Assembly (NCBI GenBank): GCA_026002975.1
Contig: BPGJ01000003.1
Span: 80,552 to 144,551, forward strand
Source: Acidimicrobiia bacterium
GTDB lineage: Bacteria > Actinomycetota > Acidimicrobiia > Spongiisociales > ZC4RG35
Reading direction: 5' to 3'
Length of the DNA: 64,000 nucleotides
In this document: positions 22,129-31,874 of the stretch, piece after piece
How positions within the stretch are numbered: position 1 is the first letter of the stretch
How the letters are laid out: every line of letters starts with the position of its first letter
Notes under the pieces: model-generated
Seen by the model: the letters and a program-made list of their open reading frames with translations, nothing else
Databases searched by the model: none
Told to the model about the DNA's origin: nothing
Program-made: the position numbers and the translations under genes

Positions 22129-22976
22129 CCATGAGACCGAGCCGACGTCACGTCGTGGGTGTGGTGTCCTGGCTGTTCGGCCTGGCCACCACCGTCACCC
22201 TCATATCCACCTGGGGTCGGGCGGTGAGTGCCGATCCGGCGGCTCTGGTCGACGTCGCCCGGCCGCTGGCCACGGCGACGGTGGTCGTGGACCGCTTCGA
22301 GGATCTGGCCGCCCAGGCTGTGGCGTCGGGGTTGGGCCTCGACCCGGCTACGTCTCGGGCGCTGGTCGATGGCGCCTTCGAAGAGGTCGACGCCGACGGC
22401 ATCCTGGCCGGCCTCCTCTCCGACATGGTCATGGCCGCCGCTTCTTCGGAGAGGACAGTCATCGACCTGGGAGCAAGGCTGATCCCGCTGGCCGAAACGA
22501 TCACCCGGCGTCTGGCCGAGGCGGGGATCCCGGTGGAGCGGACGACGGTGGAGGCCAGTCTCCGATCCCTCGATCCGGTGGTGGTAGAAGGCGGCAGCGT
22601 GGGAAGCGATTCCCAAGCGGCCCGCGGGTTCACCGTGGCGTCCCTGCTGGGCCTGTTGGGCATGTTGGTCACCGGGGGGACGCTGATCGCCATGTCCGAC
22701 CGCAAGGTCGCCGAGGCCCGGGCCCTCCTCAGCCGGGTTGCGCTATCCGCCTTCACCTTCGCCGTCCTCCTCCGCCTCGGATCGTGGCTATCCGACCCGC
22801 GGGGCGGCAGGACCCCCGTCCGTTCGGCCCTGTCGACGCTGCTCGCCCAGAAGACCTGGGTTCCTCTCCTGGTGGGCGCGCTGGCCCTGTCGATCAGCGG
22901 AACCTGGGGCTGGCTGCGCCGCCGGCGCAGGATCGTGCCGTCACCGGAGGAGCGGACGCCGGCGAGGGTCGGCTAG
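22125..22976 (+). CDS. hypothetical membrane protein
   Basis: 283 aa with a GTGA overlap with the upstream gene. One N-terminal and about three C-terminal TM helices. No family recognised. Confidence 0.5.
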   Translation: MTMRPSRRHVVGVVSWLFGLATTVTLISTWGRAVSADPAALVDVARPLATATVVVDRFEDLAAQAVASGLGLDPATSRALVDGAFEEVDADGILAGLLSDMVMAAASSERTVIDLGARLIPLAETITRRLAEAGIPVERTTVEASLRSLDPVVVEGGSVGSDSQAARGFTVASLLGLLGMLVTGGTLIAMSDRKVAEARALLSRVALSAFTFAVLLRLGSWLSDPRGGRTPVRSALSTLLAQKTWVPLLVGALALSISGTWGWLRRRRRIVPSPEERTPARVG

Positions 22977-22989
22977 GTTGCGGGGCCCG

Positions 22990-24579
22990 ATGGCCCCCAC
23001 TCACCTGGCTTTCGTCAACGGGACCGTGTTCACCGGTGATCCCGCTTTCCCGAGAGCTCGTGCGTTGGCCGTCAGGAAAGGTGTGATCTCGGCGCTGGGT
23101 GACGATCGGGAGGTCCTCGCCGACCTCGACGGGAAGACCGAGGTCTTCGACCTGGCGGGCAGGATGCTCCTGCCGGGGTTCCGGGATGCACACGTGCATC
23201 CCATCCACGGGGGGTTGGCGCTGATCGGCTGCGACCTCTCCACGTGCCGCGGTCCCGGGGAGGCAGTCGAGCTGGTGGCGAGCCACGCCGCCCAACTGCC
23301 CGAAGGCGCCTGGGTGAAGGGACGTGGCTGGGCCTACGACTGGTTCGAAGGGGGCTGCCCCGACGCGGAGCTGCTCGACCAGGTGGTGCCGGACCGTCCC
23401 GTCTACCTCGTGGTCCGGGACGGCCACTCCGCCTGGGTCAACCAGGCGGCACTCCTGGCGGCGGGGATCACCCGCTCGACCCCCGACCCGCCCGGTGGGC
23501 GTATCGAACGGAGGCCCGACGGGACCCCTCGGGGGACCCTCCACGAAGCGGCGATGGACCTGGTCGAGGACATCATGCCTCCCGAAACCGACGACGAACT
23601 CGACCGAGCCCTCCAGGCGGGGATCGGGCATCTCGTTTCCTGCGGGGTGACCGGGTTCTGCGACCCGTGGGTCACTCCCTCCTACCACCGGGCCTACCGA
23701 CGGGCGGCCGAACGCTGGGACCTCGCGCTGCCGGTGCGGGGAGCCCTCTGGTGGGACCGGGAAGCCGGGCTCGACCAGATCGAGACCCTGGTCGCCCTCA
23801 GGGAAGAAGGACTCGGCCCGTACCGACCCGGCGCGGTCAAACTGATGCTCGACGGCGTGATCGAGAACCGAACCGCCTCGGTCCTCGAGCCGTACTCGGA
23901 CGGCGGGACCGGCATGGACTTCATCGACCCCGAGCACCTTCCCGAGATCGTCGCCCGCCTCGACCACCTCGGCTTTCAGTGCCACTTCCACGCGATCGGC
24001 GATGCCGCCGTCAGGTCGGCGCTCGACGCGGTCGAGACCGCCCGAGCCCGAAACGGGTTCAGGGACCTGAGGCACACCATCGCCCATCTCCAGCTCGTAG
24101 CTCCCGAGGACGTACCCCGATTCCGACGCCTGGGAGTGGTGGCGAACTGCCAGCCCCTTTGGGCATGCCGGGACGAAGCCATGGTCGACCTCACGGTGCC
24201 GGCTCTGGGCGCCGATCGGGTGCCTCGCCAGTATCCCTTCGGGTCTCTACACCGGAGCGGCGCAGTACTGGCGATGGGCAGCGACTGGCCGGTATCGACC
24301 TCCCAGGTCCCGCCTCAGCTGTGGGTGGCGACTCATCGGACCCCGCCCGACGCTCCCGACGTCGAGCCGCTCGGCCCGGACGAGCGACTCGACCTGCCGA
24401 CCAGCCTGGCTGCGTTCACCGCCGGATCGGCCTACGTCGACCATTCGCCCTCGCCGGGAGTTCTGCAGGTGGGTAACGTTGCCGACCTTGTGGTGTTGGA
24501 CCGCGATCCGTTCGAGGACCTCGCCGGAGCCATGGTCGACCTGACCGTCGTAGCCGGACGCATCCTGTACGAGAGGTGA
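22990..24579 (+). CDS. amidohydrolase family protein (Amidohydro_3-like)
   Basis: I chose the start MAPTHLAFVNGTVFTGD at 22990; the ORF-track N-terminal extension overlaps the previous gene. Motifs LPGFRDAHVHP, HFHAIGD and GSDWPV. Confidence 0.8.
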   Translation: MAPTHLAFVNGTVFTGDPAFPRARALAVRKGVISALGDDREVLADLDGKTEVFDLAGRMLLPGFRDAHVHPIHGGLALIGCDLSTCRGPGEAVELVASHAAQLPEGAWVKGRGWAYDWFEGGCPDAELLDQVVPDRPVYLVVRDGHSAWVNQAALLAAGITRSTPDPPGGRIERRPDGTPRGTLHEAAMDLVEDIMPPETDDELDRALQAGIGHLVSCGVTGFCDPWVTPSYHRAYRRAAERWDLALPVRGALWWDREAGLDQIETLVALREEGLGPYRPGAVKLMLDGVIENRTASVLEPYSDGGTGMDFIDPEHLPEIVARLDHLGFQCHFHAIGDAAVRSALDAVETARARNGFRDLRHTIAHLQLVAPEDVPRFRRLGVVANCQPLWACRDEAMVDLTVPALGADRVPRQYPFGSLHRSGAVLAMGSDWPVSTSQVPPQLWVATHRTPPDAPDVEPLGPDERLDLPTSLAAFTAGSAYVDHSPSPGVLQVGNVADLVVLDRDPFEDLAGAMVDLTVVAGRILYER

Positions 24580-24582
24580 ACC

Positions 24583-25641
24583 TTGCCGGCGGTGGAGCTG
24601 ATCGGGGTCACGAAGCGGTTCGGTGAGGTGATCGCGGTCGACCGGCTCGACCTGGCCGTCGACGACGGGGAGTTCTTCTCACTCCTCGGACCGTCGGGCT
24701 GCGGGAAGACCACCACGCTCAGGCTCATCGCCGGGTTCGAGTTCCCCACGGCCGGATCGGTCCGCATCCATGGACGGGAGGTGGGTCTGGAACCGCCCAA
24801 CCGCCGACCGGTCAACACCGTGTTCCAGTCCTACGCCCTGTTCCCCCACATGACCGTCGCCGAGAACGTTGCCTTCGGGCTCGAGATGCGCCGCCTGCCT
24901 TCTGCGGAGATAGCCGAACGGGTACGGAAGGCCCTCGACATGGTCCAGCTCGCCCATCGGGCGGATGCCCGACCTTCGCAGCTCTCCGGCGGGCAACAGC
25001 AGCGGGTCGCCCTGGCCCGGGCGCTGGTATGCGAACCGGAGGTCCTCCTACTCGACGAGCCGCTGGGGGCGTTGGATCTGAAACTCCGTCAGGCCATGCA
25101 AGTGGAACTCAAGGACCTGCAGGAGAGAGTGGGGATCACCTTCGTGTACGTCACCCACGACCAGCAGGAGGCGCTCACCATGAGCGACCGGATCGGGGTC
25201 ATGAACGAAGGCCGGCTCCTCCAGGTGGGACGGCCGGAGGACATCTACGAACGGCCAACGTCTCGCTTCGTGGCCGACTTCATCGGGGACATCAACCTGC
25301 TGGAAGGTCGAAGGGTCGATTCCGAGACGGTCGAGCTGGTCGGTGGCCACAAGATCAGGGTGCTCGGAGACCCGTCCTCTTCGCACGTCACGGTGGCGGT
25401 TCGCCCGGAACGTCTGGAGCTGATGTCCGACTCCGACCGGCCGCCCGATCGGTTGAACCGGCTCCCCGGCCGCGTGATACGCCGCACCTACCTGGGCGAC
25501 GTGATCGGGTACCGGGTCGACTGTGGGGGAGTGGTCGTCGAAGTCAAGGAGGAGAACCGTTCGGGCCTGGTGGTCCGGCAGGTCGGTGACGACGTTCTGG
25601 TGGTATGGGAACCCGAGGCCGGCGGGATAGTGGTCGACTGA
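24583..25641 (+). CDS. potA: spermidine/putrescine-type ABC transporter ATPase
   Basis: TTG start. Walker A GPSGCGKTT, signature LSGGQQQRVALARA, Walker B LLLDEPLGALD and a PotA-like C-terminal TOBE region. Confidence 0.85.
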   Translation: MPAVELIGVTKRFGEVIAVDRLDLAVDDGEFFSLLGPSGCGKTTTLRLIAGFEFPTAGSVRIHGREVGLEPPNRRPVNTVFQSYALFPHMTVAENVAFGLEMRRLPSAEIAERVRKALDMVQLAHRADARPSQLSGGQQQRVALARALVCEPEVLLLDEPLGALDLKLRQAMQVELKDLQERVGITFVYVTHDQQEALTMSDRIGVMNEGRLLQVGRPEDIYERPTSRFVADFIGDINLLEGRRVDSETVELVGGHKIRVLGDPSSSHVTVAVRPERLELMSDSDRPPDRLNRLPGRVIRRTYLGDVIGYRVDCGGVVVEVKEENRSGLVVRQVGDDVLVVWEPEAGGIVVD

Positions 25642-26507
25642 TGGGCGACGCCAGTCCCGAGGCGGCGGCCGCCAAGGCGGAAGCGATGAGAGGATTCCTC
25701 ATCTCCCTCCCTTCCTACCTGTACCTCGTCTTGTTCTTCGCCGTTCCCTTCGTGATCGTCCTGGTGTATTCGTTCGCCTCCCGATCGTCCACCGGGAGGA
25801 CCGTCCTCGGGGACTGGAACCTGGTGTCCTACAAACGGCTGTTCGATCCGCTGGTAGCCCAGATCGCCTTCCGGTCCCTCTGGTTGGCTTTGGCCACCAC
25901 GCTGCTGTGCCTCGTCGTCGCCTACCCATTCGCCTATTTCATCGCGACCCGCACTCCCCGGGTCCGGAACGCCCTCCTGATCCTGGTGATGATCCCCTTC
26001 TGGTCCAACTTCCTGGTGCGGACGTATGCGTGGCGGGTCCTCCTCGGCAGCGACGGGCCGGTGTCCCAGATCACCCAGGTTCTCGGACTGGGGGAGACGC
26101 GGCTCCTGTTCACCGTTTGGGCGATCCTCATCGGGCTGGTCTACGGGTTCCTGCCCTTCATGGTGTTGCCGCTGTACGCGGCGATCGAGAGGATGGACTG
26201 GAGCCTGGTCGAAGCCGCCCGGGACCTGTACGCCTCGGGATGGACGGCGTTCAGGAAAGTGACCTGGCCCCTCACCACGCCCGGCGTCATCGCAGGGTCC
26301 ATCCTCGTCTTCATCCCGGCTCTCGGGGCCTACGTGACCCCTGCCATCCTCGGCGGGGCCCGAACCGTGCTGTTGGGCGACTACATAGTCGACCAGTTCC
26401 TCGCCGCCCGTAACTGGCCCTACGGCTCGGCCCTATCGGTCGCCCTGATGACGGTCATGCTGTTCGCCACGTTCGTGTACTTCCGGGCAGGGGGCCGCAA
26501 CCTGTGA
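25641..26507 (+). CDS. potB: ABC transporter permease (PotB-like)
   Basis: ATG overlaps the potA stop (ATGA). Six TM helices and an EAA-like loop (EAARDLYASGWTAFRKVTWP). Confidence 0.8.
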   Translation: MGDASPEAAAAKAEAMRGFLISLPSYLYLVLFFAVPFVIVLVYSFASRSSTGRTVLGDWNLVSYKRLFDPLVAQIAFRSLWLALATTLLCLVVAYPFAYFIATRTPRVRNALLILVMIPFWSNFLVRTYAWRVLLGSDGPVSQITQVLGLGETRLLFTVWAILIGLVYGFLPFMVLPLYAAIERMDWSLVEAARDLYASGWTAFRKVTWPLTTPGVIAGSILVFIPALGAYVTPAILGGARTVLLGDYIVDQFLAARNWPYGSALSVALMTVMLFATFVYFRAGGRNL

Positions 26508-27343
26508 ACGGGCGACCACGGTCACCTGTGGAGCGCCTCCTGGCGGCCAACGCCTGGGCGGTGTTCGCCTTCTTCTACCTGCCGATCCTGGTGTTGATCG
26601 TCCTCTCGTTCAACGAGAACCGCAACGTGAACATCTGGACCGGGTTCTCCACCCGCTGGTACGGAGAGATCCTCGACAACGCCGACGTGCTGAGGGCGTT
26701 GCGGAACTCCCTCGTGGTCGCAGGTGTGTCCACCGTGTGTTCCACTGCCTTGGGCACAGCCGCGGCCCTCGCGGTGGAACGCTTCAGATTCCGGGGTCGC
26801 CGTCTCTTCGACGGGCTTTTGTATCTCCCCATCATCATCCCCGACGTCACCATGGCGGTGATGATGCTCCTGTTCTTCGTGCAGGCCCTCGATCTGGTCA
26901 ACGGCCTGTTGGGTACCCGCCTCAACCTTGGTCTGGCGACCATCAGCCTCAGCCACATCGCTTTCAACATCTCCTTCGTGGCCGTGGTGGTGAGAGCCCG
27001 TCTGGGTCAGCTGGATCCGGCGATCGAGGAGGCCGCCGCCGACCTGTATGCCGGGCGGTGGCAGGTGTTCCGTCGGGTCACCCTGCCCCTCATACTCCCA
27101 GGGGTGCTGGGCGGCGCCCTCCTCGCCCTCACCTTGTCCCTCGACGACGTTGTGATCACCTCTTTCGTGTCGGGTCCGGGGTCCACCACCCTTCCTGTGT
27201 ACGTCTTCGGCCTGGTCAGGCGAGGCGTGACCCCCCTGATCAACGCGGTCTCCACCGTGATGTTGTTAGGGTCGATGCTGCTCGTGGGCCTGTCGCTAAT
27301 GGTGCAGCGTCGGCCGGCGACCCTAGGAGGAGGAAACCGATGA
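26504..27343 (+). CDS. potC: ABC transporter permease (PotC-like)
   Basis: 279 aa with a 4-nt overlap upstream. EAA loop EEAAADLYAGRWQVFRRVTLP. Confidence 0.8.
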   Translation: MNGRPRSPVERLLAANAWAVFAFFYLPILVLIVLSFNENRNVNIWTGFSTRWYGEILDNADVLRALRNSLVVAGVSTVCSTALGTAAALAVERFRFRGRRLFDGLLYLPIIIPDVTMAVMMLLFFVQALDLVNGLLGTRLNLGLATISLSHIAFNISFVAVVVRARLGQLDPAIEEAAADLYAGRWQVFRRVTLPLILPGVLGGALLALTLSLDDVVITSFVSGPGSTTLPVYVFGLVRRGVTPLINAVSTVMLLGSMLLVGLSLMVQRRPATLGGGNR

Positions 27344-28452
27344 GACGCAGAACGACCTGGATGGTCCCGATCGCCGTGGTGGGCCTGATGTTGGCCGCAT
27401 GCGGGGGCGGCGGAGGGGCTGGGGGAGACACCACCGCAGCGGCCGACACCACCTGCGAACTCGACCAGACGGACGGCAACCTGAACCTGTACAACTGGTC
27501 CGACTACATCGACCCCGAACTCGTCACCGCCTTCGAGGAGCAGTACGGAGTCGAGGTGGTGGAGAGCTTCTACGAGTCCAACGAGGCGATGTTGGCCCAG
27601 ATCCAGTCGGGCGTCTCCTACGACCTGATCGTCCCGTCCGACTACATGGTGTCGATCATGATCGAGGAAGAGCTGCTCCTGCCGCTCCAGAAGGACGCCA
27701 TCCCCAACATCGCCAACCTGGCCCCCGAATTCACCGACCCGCCCTACGACCCCGGCCTCCGGTACTCGGTGGCCTACCAGTGGGGAACCACCGGCCTCGG
27801 GGTGAACCTGGAAGCGGTAGGCGACGCCTTCGTGGAGAGCTGGGCGCTCGTCTTCGACCCTGAGTTGACCCAGAACTTCCCGGGAGGTGTGTCCCTCCTC
27901 GACGACCCCCGTGAGACGATGGGGGCAGCCCTCAAGTACCTGGGATACTCCCTCAACGACACCGACCTCGATCACCTCGCCGAAGCGAGGGACGTCATCA
28001 GGGCCGCCAAGCCCTACATCGCCACCTTCGATTCGGACCAGTACGACGAAGCCCTGGTCAACGGGGAGGTCTCGGTCTCGCACGGATACTCGGGGGACCT
28101 GCTGGCTGCGATCTGGGACGCCGAGAACCCGGACGCCTACACCTACGTGATCCCCGAGGAAGGTGGAACCCTGTGGGTCGACAACATGGCGATCCCCGCC
28201 GACGCCGAGCATCCCTGCACGGCCCACACCTTCGTCAACTTCATGCTCGACGGTGAGAACGGCGCGGCCCTCACCAACTGGACCTACTACGCCAGTCCCA
28301 ACGCGGCGGCCGAACCGCACATCCTGCCCGAGATCCTCGAGGATCCCACCATCTACCCCTCCGACGAGATCCGGCAGCGCCTGGAGATCATCGCCGACAC
28401 CGGCGACTACGAGATCAACTTCACCGACTACTTCGCCCAGGCCAAGAGCTGA
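27340..28452 (+). CDS. potD: polyamine-type ABC substrate-binding lipoprotein (PotD-like)
   Basis: ATGA overlap with potC. Lipobox LMLAACGG. PotD/PotF-like body (LNLYNWSDYI, YDLIVPSDY, WVDNMAIP). Confidence 0.8.
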   Translation: MRRRTTWMVPIAVVGLMLAACGGGGGAGGDTTAAADTTCELDQTDGNLNLYNWSDYIDPELVTAFEEQYGVEVVESFYESNEAMLAQIQSGVSYDLIVPSDYMVSIMIEEELLLPLQKDAIPNIANLAPEFTDPPYDPGLRYSVAYQWGTTGLGVNLEAVGDAFVESWALVFDPELTQNFPGGVSLLDDPRETMGAALKYLGYSLNDTDLDHLAEARDVIRAAKPYIATFDSDQYDEALVNGEVSVSHGYSGDLLAAIWDAENPDAYTYVIPEEGGTLWVDNMAIPADAEHPCTAHTFVNFMLDGENGAALTNWTYYASPNAAAEPHILPEILEDPTIYPSDEIRQRLEIIADTGDYEINFTDYFAQAKS

Positions 28453-28458
28453 GCGGTG

Positions 28459-28540
28459 CCGGCTGGGGGGGTGCTCACCGCTCCCCCCAGTCGTAGGTCT
28501 GCTTGACCAGCCGGAGATAGCCGTAAATCTCGGAGGACAC
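28459..28540. repeat. copy 1 of 3 of the lrp 3'-end + GC hairpin repeat (diverged)
   Basis: Minus-strand reading gives ..VSSEIYGYLRLVKQTYDWGER*, against the native Lrp end VSSEVFSYLRLVKQTYDWGAR*. Contains the G7/C6 hairpin directly after the potD stop. Confidence 0.85.
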
Positions 28541-28606
28541 CGCGTTCTTGGCCTCGGCTGAAGATATGGCACACACGCCTGTCGAGACTTGAGGCGGTTT
28601 CGGGCG

Positions 28607-29677
28607 TCAGGGAACCCGTAGTACCCGGACTGGATCGCGGAAGGCAGCCACTACTGCGGGTGGGAGGGCGGCCGCCACTGCGGTGAGGACGGCGAGGACA
28701 GCGATAGCCAGACCGAAGCGTGGCTCGGGAGGCAACCCGGTTATCCGGTAGAGGGCCAGCCAGGCGCCTGTTGACCCGATTCCGGCCCCGAGTGTGGCGG
28801 AGAGACTGGTTTGGAGGCACACCAGGGTGACGATGGCGGGTCGGGATGCTCCCAGGGCGCGGCGGCGGCCGAAGTCGCGTCGTCTTCCGCTCACCGCCCC
28901 GTAGACGTTCAACCCGGTGAGAACCAGCCCGGCGGCCAGGACCGCGGTGATCAGGTTGCGTCCGAACCGTCCCAGTTCGCCCTGCACGGCCGCTCTCACC
29001 TGCGCCAACGCCTCCGAGGTCTCTATGGCTACGGCGGTGGGATCGGCGGGAGCGAGGACCATGAGGGCGGCGTCGGCGACTTTTCCCACCAGGGAGGGGC
29101 GCTCCACCAGGATGTGGATCGACCGCAGCTGGGTGGCCGGGGCGGTGAGGAGGCTCCGGTTGAGGAAGGCGAGGGGGTCGTCGGCGGTGAAAGAGCCCAC
29201 GATGGCGACATCGCCCTGGTTGGTCACCCCTCCGCCGAAGGGCAACTCGAGTCCCAGGGTTTGGGCGGCTTCGGGTCCGACCAGGGCCCGGCCTGGTCCC
29301 ATGGCGGCGCCGTCGGTGTGGATTTGGGGAGGAAGGTCCCCGTAGATGGCCCGCATCGCAGCCGGGTCGCCTCCCGGGTTTCCCGCCGGGCGTACGTCGG
29401 TGGTCGGTCCCAGACCGATCACCCATTCCACCCCGGCGATCCTGGTGATCCGGTCCACGGCTTCGGTGGTGAGGCCGGCGGCTCCGTTGGTGTCGGAGAT
29501 GACAATCGACCTGGTGCCCGCCTCGTCGATCCTGGCCAACACCTGTTGTTCCGCCTGTACGGTCTGACCGGTGGTGGAGAGGATGACGGCACACACCCCG
29601 GCGACGATGAGAGCGGTCACCGCTGAGCTCACCGGCTGGGCCACCGCCGAACGCAGCGCCTCCAACACCAGCTTCAC
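28607..29677 (-). CDS. FtsX/MacB-type ABC permease, copy 1
   Basis: GTG start at 29677 overlaps the ATPase stop (GTGA). N-terminal TM, ~200-aa extracytoplasmic domain, then 3 C-terminal TM helices. The ORF-track N-terminal extension is Arg/Pro-rich junk. Confidence 0.8.
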   Translation of the reverse strand: MKLVLEALRSAVAQPVSSAVTALIVAGVCAVILSTTGQTVQAEQQVLARIDEAGTRSIVISDTNGAAGLTTEAVDRITRIAGVEWVIGLGPTTDVRPAGNPGGDPAAMRAIYGDLPPQIHTDGAAMGPGRALVGPEAAQTLGLELPFGGGVTNQGDVAIVGSFTADDPLAFLNRSLLTAPATQLRSIHILVERPSLVGKVADAALMVLAPADPTAVAIETSEALAQVRAAVQGELGRFGRNLITAVLAAGLVLTGLNVYGAVSGRRRDFGRRRALGASRPAIVTLVCLQTSLSATLGAGIGSTGAWLALYRITGLPPEPRFGLAIAVLAVLTAVAAALPPAVVAAFRDPVRVLRVP

Positions 29678-30306
29678 AGTTCTAGCACCTCGTCGCAGAC
29701 CCCGACGATGTCGGGGTCGTGGGTGGCGATGATCACTGTCCGTTGCTCGCCGGCCAGTTCGGCGAGGGTGTCCACTACGAGCTGGGAGGTGCGGACGTCC
29801 AGGTTTCCTGTGGGCTCGTCGGCGAGGATCAGGTCGGGTCGGGCCAGCAGGGCACGGCATAGGGCGATCCGCTGTGCCTGACCACCCGACACCTCCCCCG
29901 GCTTGTGGTCGGCACGCAAAGCAACCTCGAATCTCTCCATCAGCTTTCGAGCCCGCCGCACCGCCTCACCTCGTGGGATGTCGTTGTAGAGGTGGGATTC
30001 GACGATGTTGTCGAGGACGGTGCGGGTGGGGTCCAGGGCAGCGTCCTGGAACACGAACCCCACCCTGGTCGCCCGGAAGCGAGACTTTCGCCCATCCGAA
30101 AGCCTGCCCAGGTCGACATCACCAGCCCGCACCGCTCCCGACCAGGGTGTGAGCAGCAGCCCGATCAGGTAGAGGAGGGTCGACTTGCCCCTCCCCGACG
30201 GGCCGGTGACCGCCGTCATCGCCCCCGGGGTGAAACGCCAGGTGAGGTCGGAGATGATGGGTTCGTCGCGCCGGTATCCGAACCAGACCGAGTCGAGGGT
30301 GATCAT
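29674..30306 (-). CDS. ABC transporter ATP-binding protein (MacB/LolD-like), copy 1
   Basis: 210 aa. Walker A GPSGRGKSTLL, signature VSGGQAQRIALCRAL and Walker B ILADEPTGNLD. Confidence 0.9.
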   Translation of the reverse strand: MITLDSVWFGYRRDEPIISDLTWRFTPGAMTAVTGPSGRGKSTLLYLIGLLLTPWSGAVRAGDVDLGRLSDGRKSRFRATRVGFVFQDAALDPTRTVLDNIVESHLYNDIPRGEAVRRARKLMERFEVALRADHKPGEVSGGQAQRIALCRALLARPDLILADEPTGNLDVRTSQLVVDTLAELAGEQRTVIIATHDPDIVGVCDEVLEL

Positions 30307-31352
30307 CGCTGGGGAAGCAGGATCACCGTGCCCGGCTCGATTCCATCCACCACTGCGATCCCCTGGGCCGACTCTACGATCTCCACCGGCACCTGGGTGC
30401 CGTCAGGACGGGTCACGAAGGGGTGGTTGGCCGGGTCGGTGCCGATCGCAGCCACCGGAACCACCGGGCCGGTGGTGTCGGGGACGACTATCACATCGGC
30501 GCGGAAGCTGGTCCGTCCCTGGAGATCCACCCACCGGGCACAGTCGTCACCACACACCGACCCCCCATCAGCCCCGACCAGGAACAGGTCGAGCTGACCC
30601 GTCTGCGGGCTTTCCACAGCCCGGTCGATAAGAGCATCCCACACACCCCCGGAGTAGTGGACTCGAACCTGGCCAGTCAACGGAACCAGGGCGGCCTGTT
30701 CCACGGCGAGGGGAATCCGGAAAACCGGGTCATCGGGAACGAGGAGGATCGCCGTCTCCCCTCCCCCAACCCTGGCGCCCACACTGAGATCTTCCGCCAC
30801 GGCGATCCGCGCCGGGAGAGCCGGCACGAAGACGAGATCCCCCGCCTCCACCACCCCCGTATCCTCCACTCCCAGGGCTCTCTGCCACACCCGCACCGCG
30901 GTCCGGGTGGCGGTGCCGTACCAGCCATCGGCATCACCCGAGTACAAGCCGAGGTAGGCGAGCAGCCGCTGCAGCTGAGCCACGTCAGCCCCCCGATCCC
31001 GCAGCCGCAAAGACCGGAACATCGGAACCTCACCCTCGGCGACCACCACGGGACGGAGATTCACCGTATACACAACTTCGCCAGGTCCGACCACGTCCCC
31101 GGGCGCGACCTCCACCGAAGTGACCACCCCGGCGGCCGAGTTGAGCCCGGCCGGGACCAGAGACCACTCCGCCACGGCGGTGAAACTAAACGACCGGCCT
31201 ACCGTCCCCACCTCCACGACATATGTGAGAGGGGTCGAATCTTCGGCAAGCGGGTTGGCGGGAGGCTCCAAAGCCACCCGCCCCGCCCAATAGCCGGCTG
31301 CTCCCGTGGCGACGAGCAGAAGGGCCAAGCCGGCGATGCGCAAGAGCCTCAT
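30303..31352 (-). CDS. membrane-fusion/HlyD-like adaptor with peptidoglycan-binding domain, copy 1
   Basis: ATG 31352 overlaps the regulator stop (ATGA). N-terminal TM. PG_binding_1-like GADVAQLQRLLAYLGLYSGDADGWYGTATRTAVRVWQ inserted in a beta-rich adaptor-like protein. Confidence 0.7.
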   Translation of the reverse strand: MRLLRIAGLALLLVATGAAGYWAGRVALEPPANPLAEDSTPLTYVVEVGTVGRSFSFTAVAEWSLVPAGLNSAAGVVTSVEVAPGDVVGPGEVVYTVNLRPVVVAEGEVPMFRSLRLRDRGADVAQLQRLLAYLGLYSGDADGWYGTATRTAVRVWQRALGVEDTGVVEAGDLVFVPALPARIAVAEDLSVGARVGGGETAILLVPDDPVFRIPLAVEQAALVPLTGQVRVHYSGGVWDALIDRAVESPQTGQLDLFLVGADGGSVCGDDCARWVDLQGRTSFRADVIVVPDTTGPVVPVAAIGTDPANHPFVTRPDGTQVPVEIVESAQGIAVVDGIEPGTVILLPQR

Positions 31353-31831
31353 AGCTCCGACAGCTTCGGGAACAGCGGGGCCAGCCGAGTCCAGCGGCAC
31401 TCATGCGTCAGGTGTGCGGCTTCCTTGAGCTCGGCGAGGCGGCGCCGGATCTGTCTTCCCGAGTAGCCGATGAGCTCCGAAGCCTCCTCTGGGCTCACCC
31501 CATTGGCGGCCAGAGCCACAATCCTCCATTCGAGCTCGCGTGCCCCGAGGTCGCTGGGACGGAACAGTGAGTACACCCGACTTCCAGAAGCAATGCTCAC
31601 CAAGTGGCCCACTCCGATCTCCTCTGCCCGCAAGATACCCGCCACGTCCAAGTCGCAAAGGGCCTTGAGAACTGCGGGCAGCCCAGAGGGAATGAACGCC
31701 ACCGGATCGGATGCCATTGCAGCCACCTCGACCCTGTCGGTCACCACAACGTCGGACTCTGCCGGAATGTTGGTGGGCAGCCTGGAGGCGAGGGCGGCGG
31801 CCAGCTCGGGGTTGCGGACGTTGATGATCAC
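31349..31831 (-). CDS. HTH regulator (LuxR/GerE-like C-terminus, unknown N-terminal domain), copy 1
   Basis: GTG 31831 is preceded by AGGAG at 8 nt (alternative GTG at 31840). C-terminal ARELEWRIVALAANGVSPEEASELIGYSGRQIRRRLAELKE resembles a LuxR/sigma-r4 HTH. Confidence 0.55.
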   Translation of the reverse strand: MIINVRNPELAAALASRLPTNIPAESDVVVTDRVEVAAMASDPVAFIPSGLPAVLKALCDLDVAGILRAEEIGVGHLVSIASGSRVYSLFRPSDLGARELEWRIVALAANGVSPEEASELIGYSGRQIRRRLAELKEAAHLTHECRWTRLAPLFPKLSEL

Positions 31832-31874
31832 ATCGCCCACTCCTGCCCCCTTTCCTCGGCGATCGCACGTGATT

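Noticed and set aside
22738-22989. N-terminal extensions suggested by the ORF track. Examples are 22738.., 26737.., 46826.., 47872.., 50122.., 52255.., 60190.., 1346..2803 and 28607..29860.
   Set aside because: The extensions are low-complexity and overlap the preceding gene. Internal starts coincide with upstream stop codons (ATGA/GTGA coupling), signal peptides or conserved family N-termini.
28428-29594. Long Arg/Pro/Gly-rich antisense or out-of-frame ORFs. Examples are 28428..29594 and 37946..39148, 3952..5181, 6940..8091, 46203..47420, 47852..49012 and 62130..63284.
   Set aside because: Their composition is typical of spurious open frames in high-GC DNA. Each overlaps a gene with clear family motifs in another frame or strand.
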